A model generated the notes under the pieces. It was not told the DNA's origin. It saw only the letters and a program-made list of their open reading frames with translations, and made no database searches. A program made the position numbers and the translations under genes. Of a stretch of DNA of 64,000 bases, positions 63,697 to 64,000 are shown in pieces. Every line of letters starts with the position of its first letter. Within the stretch, counting starts at the first letter, position 1. This DNA comes from Octopus bimaculoides (lineage: Eukaryota), in NCBI RefSeq assembly GCF_001194135.2, contig NC_068983.1:13453149-13517148 (forward strand), in the 5' to 3' direction.

Positions 63697-64000
63697 TTGT
63701 TTACATCTAAAAACGCCGTCTAGACTACGCATCATCTTTATATATAGAGATGTATATACACACACGCACCCAAACACACGTATATATATGTATATCAATA
63801 TAAATATATGACAGTCAATGAAGTTTCGTAAAAGAAGGTGATCATGTACATACTTTCTTGCTGTTGTGATTATAACACCTCATTGTAAACTATGCTCCTT
63901 GTTTTCCCTTGTGGAGCATATACAAATAGGTTTTTTGTTGCTGCCCACTCTTGAGCAGCCAACATACAGTTGTCCATGTGAGAAGCAGGGCTCTTCCAAG

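Overview
AT-rich, microsatellite-dense animal genomic DNA with about a dozen N-gaps. The repeat landscape (tRNA-derived SINEs, (TA)n/(TG)n/(TACA)n tracts, degenerate LINEs) suggests an octopus or other coleoid cephalopod; this is an inference. There is no intact long gene, and nearly all ORF-track entries are microsatellite or N-gap artefacts. The window is mostly transposon debris: four tRNA-headed SINE families (labelled A-D here), three mariner remnants, a hAT-type MITE with an 8-bp TSD, a CR1/L2-type LINE 3' end, two L1/Tx1 fragments, R4/Dong-like and CRE-like RLE fragments, and a partial-tandem Penelope element. Candidate host exons lie on the minus strand: a signal-peptide first exon at 17402-17444 and a small exon chain at 58.5-63.2 kb. 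The most unusual signal is a set of five to six type I hammerhead-ribozyme-like motifs in unrelated sequence contexts, three of them inside inverted repeats. One lies downstream of a tRNA-like Pol III head (possible Penelope-mobilised SINE). Another has a compensatory G3:C8 core inside a ~145-bp-arm palindrome. All alignments and folds were done by eye.
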